Source: Bugula neritina
Lineage: Eukaryota; Animalia; Bryozoa
Direction: 5' to 3'
Length of the DNA stretch: 64,000 bases
Assembly: GCA_964035545.1 (NCBI GenBank)
Contig: OZ037767.1
Location: forward strand, 11,976,581-12,040,580
A program made the position numbers and the translations under genes. Below the pieces are notes generated by a model. The model was not told the DNA's origin. It made no database searches and saw only the letters and a list, made by a program, of their open reading frames with translations. This document shows, in pieces, positions 60,817 through 64,000 of the stretch; positions within the stretch are counted from its first letter, which is position 1; every line of letters begins with the position of its first letter.

Positions 60817-63800
60817 ATGAGTAACATCTACATTCAAGAGCCGCCAACTGAAGGAAAGGTACGTCTCTTTTATAAATGAATGAAATTCCATCTATTATTT
60901 ATCGTATAGCAGCTGATAGTGTCTCCTTTGTCTACTAGATGGTGGGATGTACATTTCCCAGTATATCTTAGGTTCTGCTCACCACCACTCTCGGGGATAT
61001 CGACATAGAACTGTGGTCTAGAGAAGCTCCTAAAGCGTGCAGGAATTTTGTGCAGCTCTGCTTAGAAGGCTATTACAATGGCACCATATTCCACAGAGTC
61101 ATCAAAGACTTCATAGCGCAGGGAGGTGATCCAACAGGCACAGGGGAAGGTGGCGAGTCCATATATGGGAAACCTTTTCGAGTATGTATTGTTCAGTGTA
61201 TGAGGACAGCCGCTCTTCGCAGGCCTGGTATCATGTTGTGTATGCTTTTCAGGAAGTAGTTTCCTGCTGATTTACAAAGTGGACATTTGTCAACTTATTT
61301 ACAACCACTCTTTCAGTGATGGTCTCAAATATTGATGTTTTATCAATTGGTGTGTTGATGCATTCAGTCTGATATTTCCTCTTTGATTAAATGTTTTAAG
61401 TAAGTTGTTAGAATACATAACGCCATAGATTGCTATATGTAGAGTGAGATCCACACACGACTACGCTTTGTACGAAGAGGTCTAGTTGCAATGGCTAACT
61501 CTGGTAAAGAGGATAACGAGAGTCAATTTTTTTTCACACTTGGCCCTACACAAGAACTGCAGGGAAAACACACGGTGTTTGGAAAGGTAGACAATTCCAA
61601 AAATCGTACTTACTTGTTGTTATTATGGGTATTATAAAGTTAGCATGTTTTTAATAAGTATAATCTGTGAATTTCTACTCTTAACTTATTTCACCAGTTC
61701 ATAGGATTGATATTGCATAGTATCACAGTGATAATTTCATTAGTCATATATAGCAATACTATATATAACCTAACATGTGTCATACAGGTATCAGGTGATA
61801 CTATATACAACCTAATTAAAGTTAATGACATACAAACAGATAGCAATGATAGGCCTGTGGAACCACCAAAAATCAAGAAAACAGAGGTTAGTGTAACTTT
61901 TCTTTTTTATACTTTATATTCATATTAATGTTCTATTTACAGAGCATTGATAAAGTATTGACAGGGTATTGATGAAGTATTGGCAGGGTGTTGACAAAAT
62001 ACTGATACAAAGAGTGAGGGTAGTGGAACTCTTGAGTAAACATGAAATCTGTAGTTTCTAATCCCATACTTCTGCCTCCTTTCATTTTGTCTCCATCGGC
62101 ACACAACAAGTTATCAACTCACACGAAAAGAGTCCAACTGAGTAGTCTGTGAGAGTTTCATTGCATTGTGTGTCATGTTAACAGACTACTATTCACTGTA
62201 CAATGACTCTGTATTGTCAGTTTAATGTCGATTTGACAACCCAGGTGTCTACCTTTAGGTACTCTCCAATCCATTTGATGACATCATACCCAGAGAAGTT
62301 GTTAGACCAGAGAAGAAAGAACACAAGCCAAAGAAATCACACTCAAAAGGGAAAAAGTGGGTACTCTGTTACATAGTTGCTAGCCCATAATGGTTTTGTA
62401 TATTTGTTATAAACCATCACCAATTACATGATAATATGTGAACATATTGACATATACTATATATAGGATATAGTACTACATATTATGTATATAATAACAC
62501 TACATGTATAACATATAGTTAACGTAATATTACATCTCTATATAAAACACGTACATAAGAAGTATAAAGTAGTATGCAAGTTTCATATGTTACCAAAGCA
62601 CACACATATTATATATACATTATATATGCATTCAAGTAATGGCTGCAGTATGTATATTATGAGATATTATGGACTGTTGAGTTACACCCGTATCATACTT
62701 GTAGGTTACTCATATATTTAGAAGTATGATATGCACTTGGTACTATTCAGTATGTTGCTTTGCATTAGTTTTAATATTTCTAGCTTTTGTATCCTTTTTC
62801 ATCACATGGTGCTGCCAGTGTATATAATATGTTGATTGCTCTGTTCTCAGCTTTACTTGAAATTTTATCTAATTTGGTCCATTTCTTGCTTTTCAGAGAT
62901 TTCAAACTCCTTTCATTTGGTGAAGAAGCAGAAGAAGATGAAGAGTTGAATAACAAAGTTGTGGAGGTGAGTAGTAGAGTTATTAAGGTGAGTAGTAGAG
63001 TTATTAAGGTGAGTAGTAGAGTTATTGAGGTGAGTAGTAGAGTTATTAAGGTGAGTATTAGAGTTATTAAGGTGAGTAGTAGAGTTATTAAGGTGAGTAG
63101 TAGAGTTATTAAGGTGAGTAGTAGAGTTATTAAGGTGAGTATTAGAGTTATTAAGGTGAGTAGTAGAGTTATTAAGGTGAGTAGTAGAGTTATTAAGGTG
63201 AGTAGTAGAGTTATTAAGGTGAGTAGTAGAGTTATTAAGGTGAGTAGTAGAGTTATTAAGGTGAGTAGTAGAGTTATTAAGGTGAGTAGTAGAGTTATTA
63301 AGGTGAGTAGTAGAGTTATTAAGGTGAGTAGTAGAGTTATTAAGGTGAGTAGTAGAGTTATTAAGGTGAGTAGTAGAGTTATTAAGGTGAGTAGTAGAGT
63401 TATTAAGGTGAGTAGTAGAGTTATTAAGGTGAGTAGTAGAGTTATTAAGGTGAGTAGTAGAGTTATTAAGGTGAGTAGTATAGTTATTAAGGTGAGTAGT
63501 AGAGTTATTAAGGGGAGTAGCAGAGTTATTAAGGTGAGTAGCAGAGTTATTAAAGTGAGTAGTAGAGTTATTAAGGTGAGTAGTAGAGTTATTAAGGTGA
63601 GATACAGGCAGGTCTAACAGAATAAACATGACTTCACTGCAATCTCTGCAGACAATGAGAAGTAAAGGTAAAAGTGCTCACGATTTGACAGATGATCCTA
63701 GACTGAGCTCCACAACTGGAAATGTTGAATCAGTAGAGCCTGAAGAGATCAATGAGGTTTCACAGGAAAAGTCTTCTCTGGTCCAGGAGGAACTCAGGCA

Positions 63801-63848
63801 GTCTAGTATTTCTCCTAAGGAGTCTCATTCACAGGGTTCATCCAAACT
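60817..63848 (+). CDS. CWC27: Spliceosome-associated cyclophilin-like protein CWC27, first 7 exons (continues past window)
   Basis: Exons 60817-60858, 60972-61181, 61443-61586, 61788-61886, 62259-62356, 62897-62966, 63652-63848. Motifs MSNIYIQEPPTEGK, IELWSREAPKACRNFVQLCLEGYY, LRFVRRGLVAMAN, ELQGKHTVFGK (Glu at the cyclophilin Trp position), NPFDDIIPR, LLSFGEEAEE and KSAHDLTDDPRLS. Confidence 0.96.
62967..63601 (+). repeat. Minisatellite 21 bp x 30 (GTGAGTAGTAGAGTTATTAAG) beginning at the first base of a CWC27 intron
   Basis: Donor GT at 62967; last GTGAG at 63597 = 62967 + 30 x 21. Confidence 0.98.
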
Positions 63849-64000
63849 GTAAGTACACGTATTATGTAGTAAGTGTAGTACTTCATCTAAACTGTAAGTG
63901 TAAGTATTCTGTAGTCTGCAGTGGTTAGTAGTGCACATTATATTGCATGTTGGTACTACATGCAGCATGTGTTGTAATGAATATCTTCCATCACTGGACA

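Noticed and set aside
62787-63629. Long ORFs of (VIKVSSR)n on + and (HLNNSTT)n on - as stand-alone repeat proteins
   Set aside because: By-products of a stop-free 21-bp array inside a CWC27 intron; no independent gene structure. Only in-frame alternative-donor use is kept as a hypothesis.
62967-63651. De novo intron gain by tandem duplication of AG|GT
   Set aside because: The intron has a unique 3' tail with its own pyrimidine-CAG acceptor and the flanking exons do not match the unit, so expansion within an existing intron is more parsimonious.

Overview
AT-rich, intron-rich animal (invertebrate-like) genomic DNA; the species cannot be identified from this window. About 1-16.9 kb is decayed, partly nested transposons: pogo-type DDE, a CR1/L2-like LINE, two PIF/Harbinger transposases and a MADF pseudogene. 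Six spliced genes follow, reconstructed by hand from GT-AG boundaries and reading phase: the 3' half of an M1 aminopeptidase N-like gene (16991-24984, +) with a Tc1 element in one intron; a complete 21-exon paralog (26384-40714, +; GAMEN and HELAH-x18-E intact); a GT92/DUF23 glycosyltransferase (+); a FUT10/11-like fucosyltransferase (+); adenosine kinase (-); and the 5' part of CWC27 (+). The most striking unexplained pattern is that nearly all minisatellites sit on or against splice sites, and several are built from the splice signal itself. Examples are 30 extra in-frame donor copies in CWC27, six extra copies of an ADK exon-end/donor, 19 copies of an acceptor region in the aminopeptidase, and a direct-inverted-direct triplication of a donor. 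Long repetitive ORFs in the track are by-products of these arrays.
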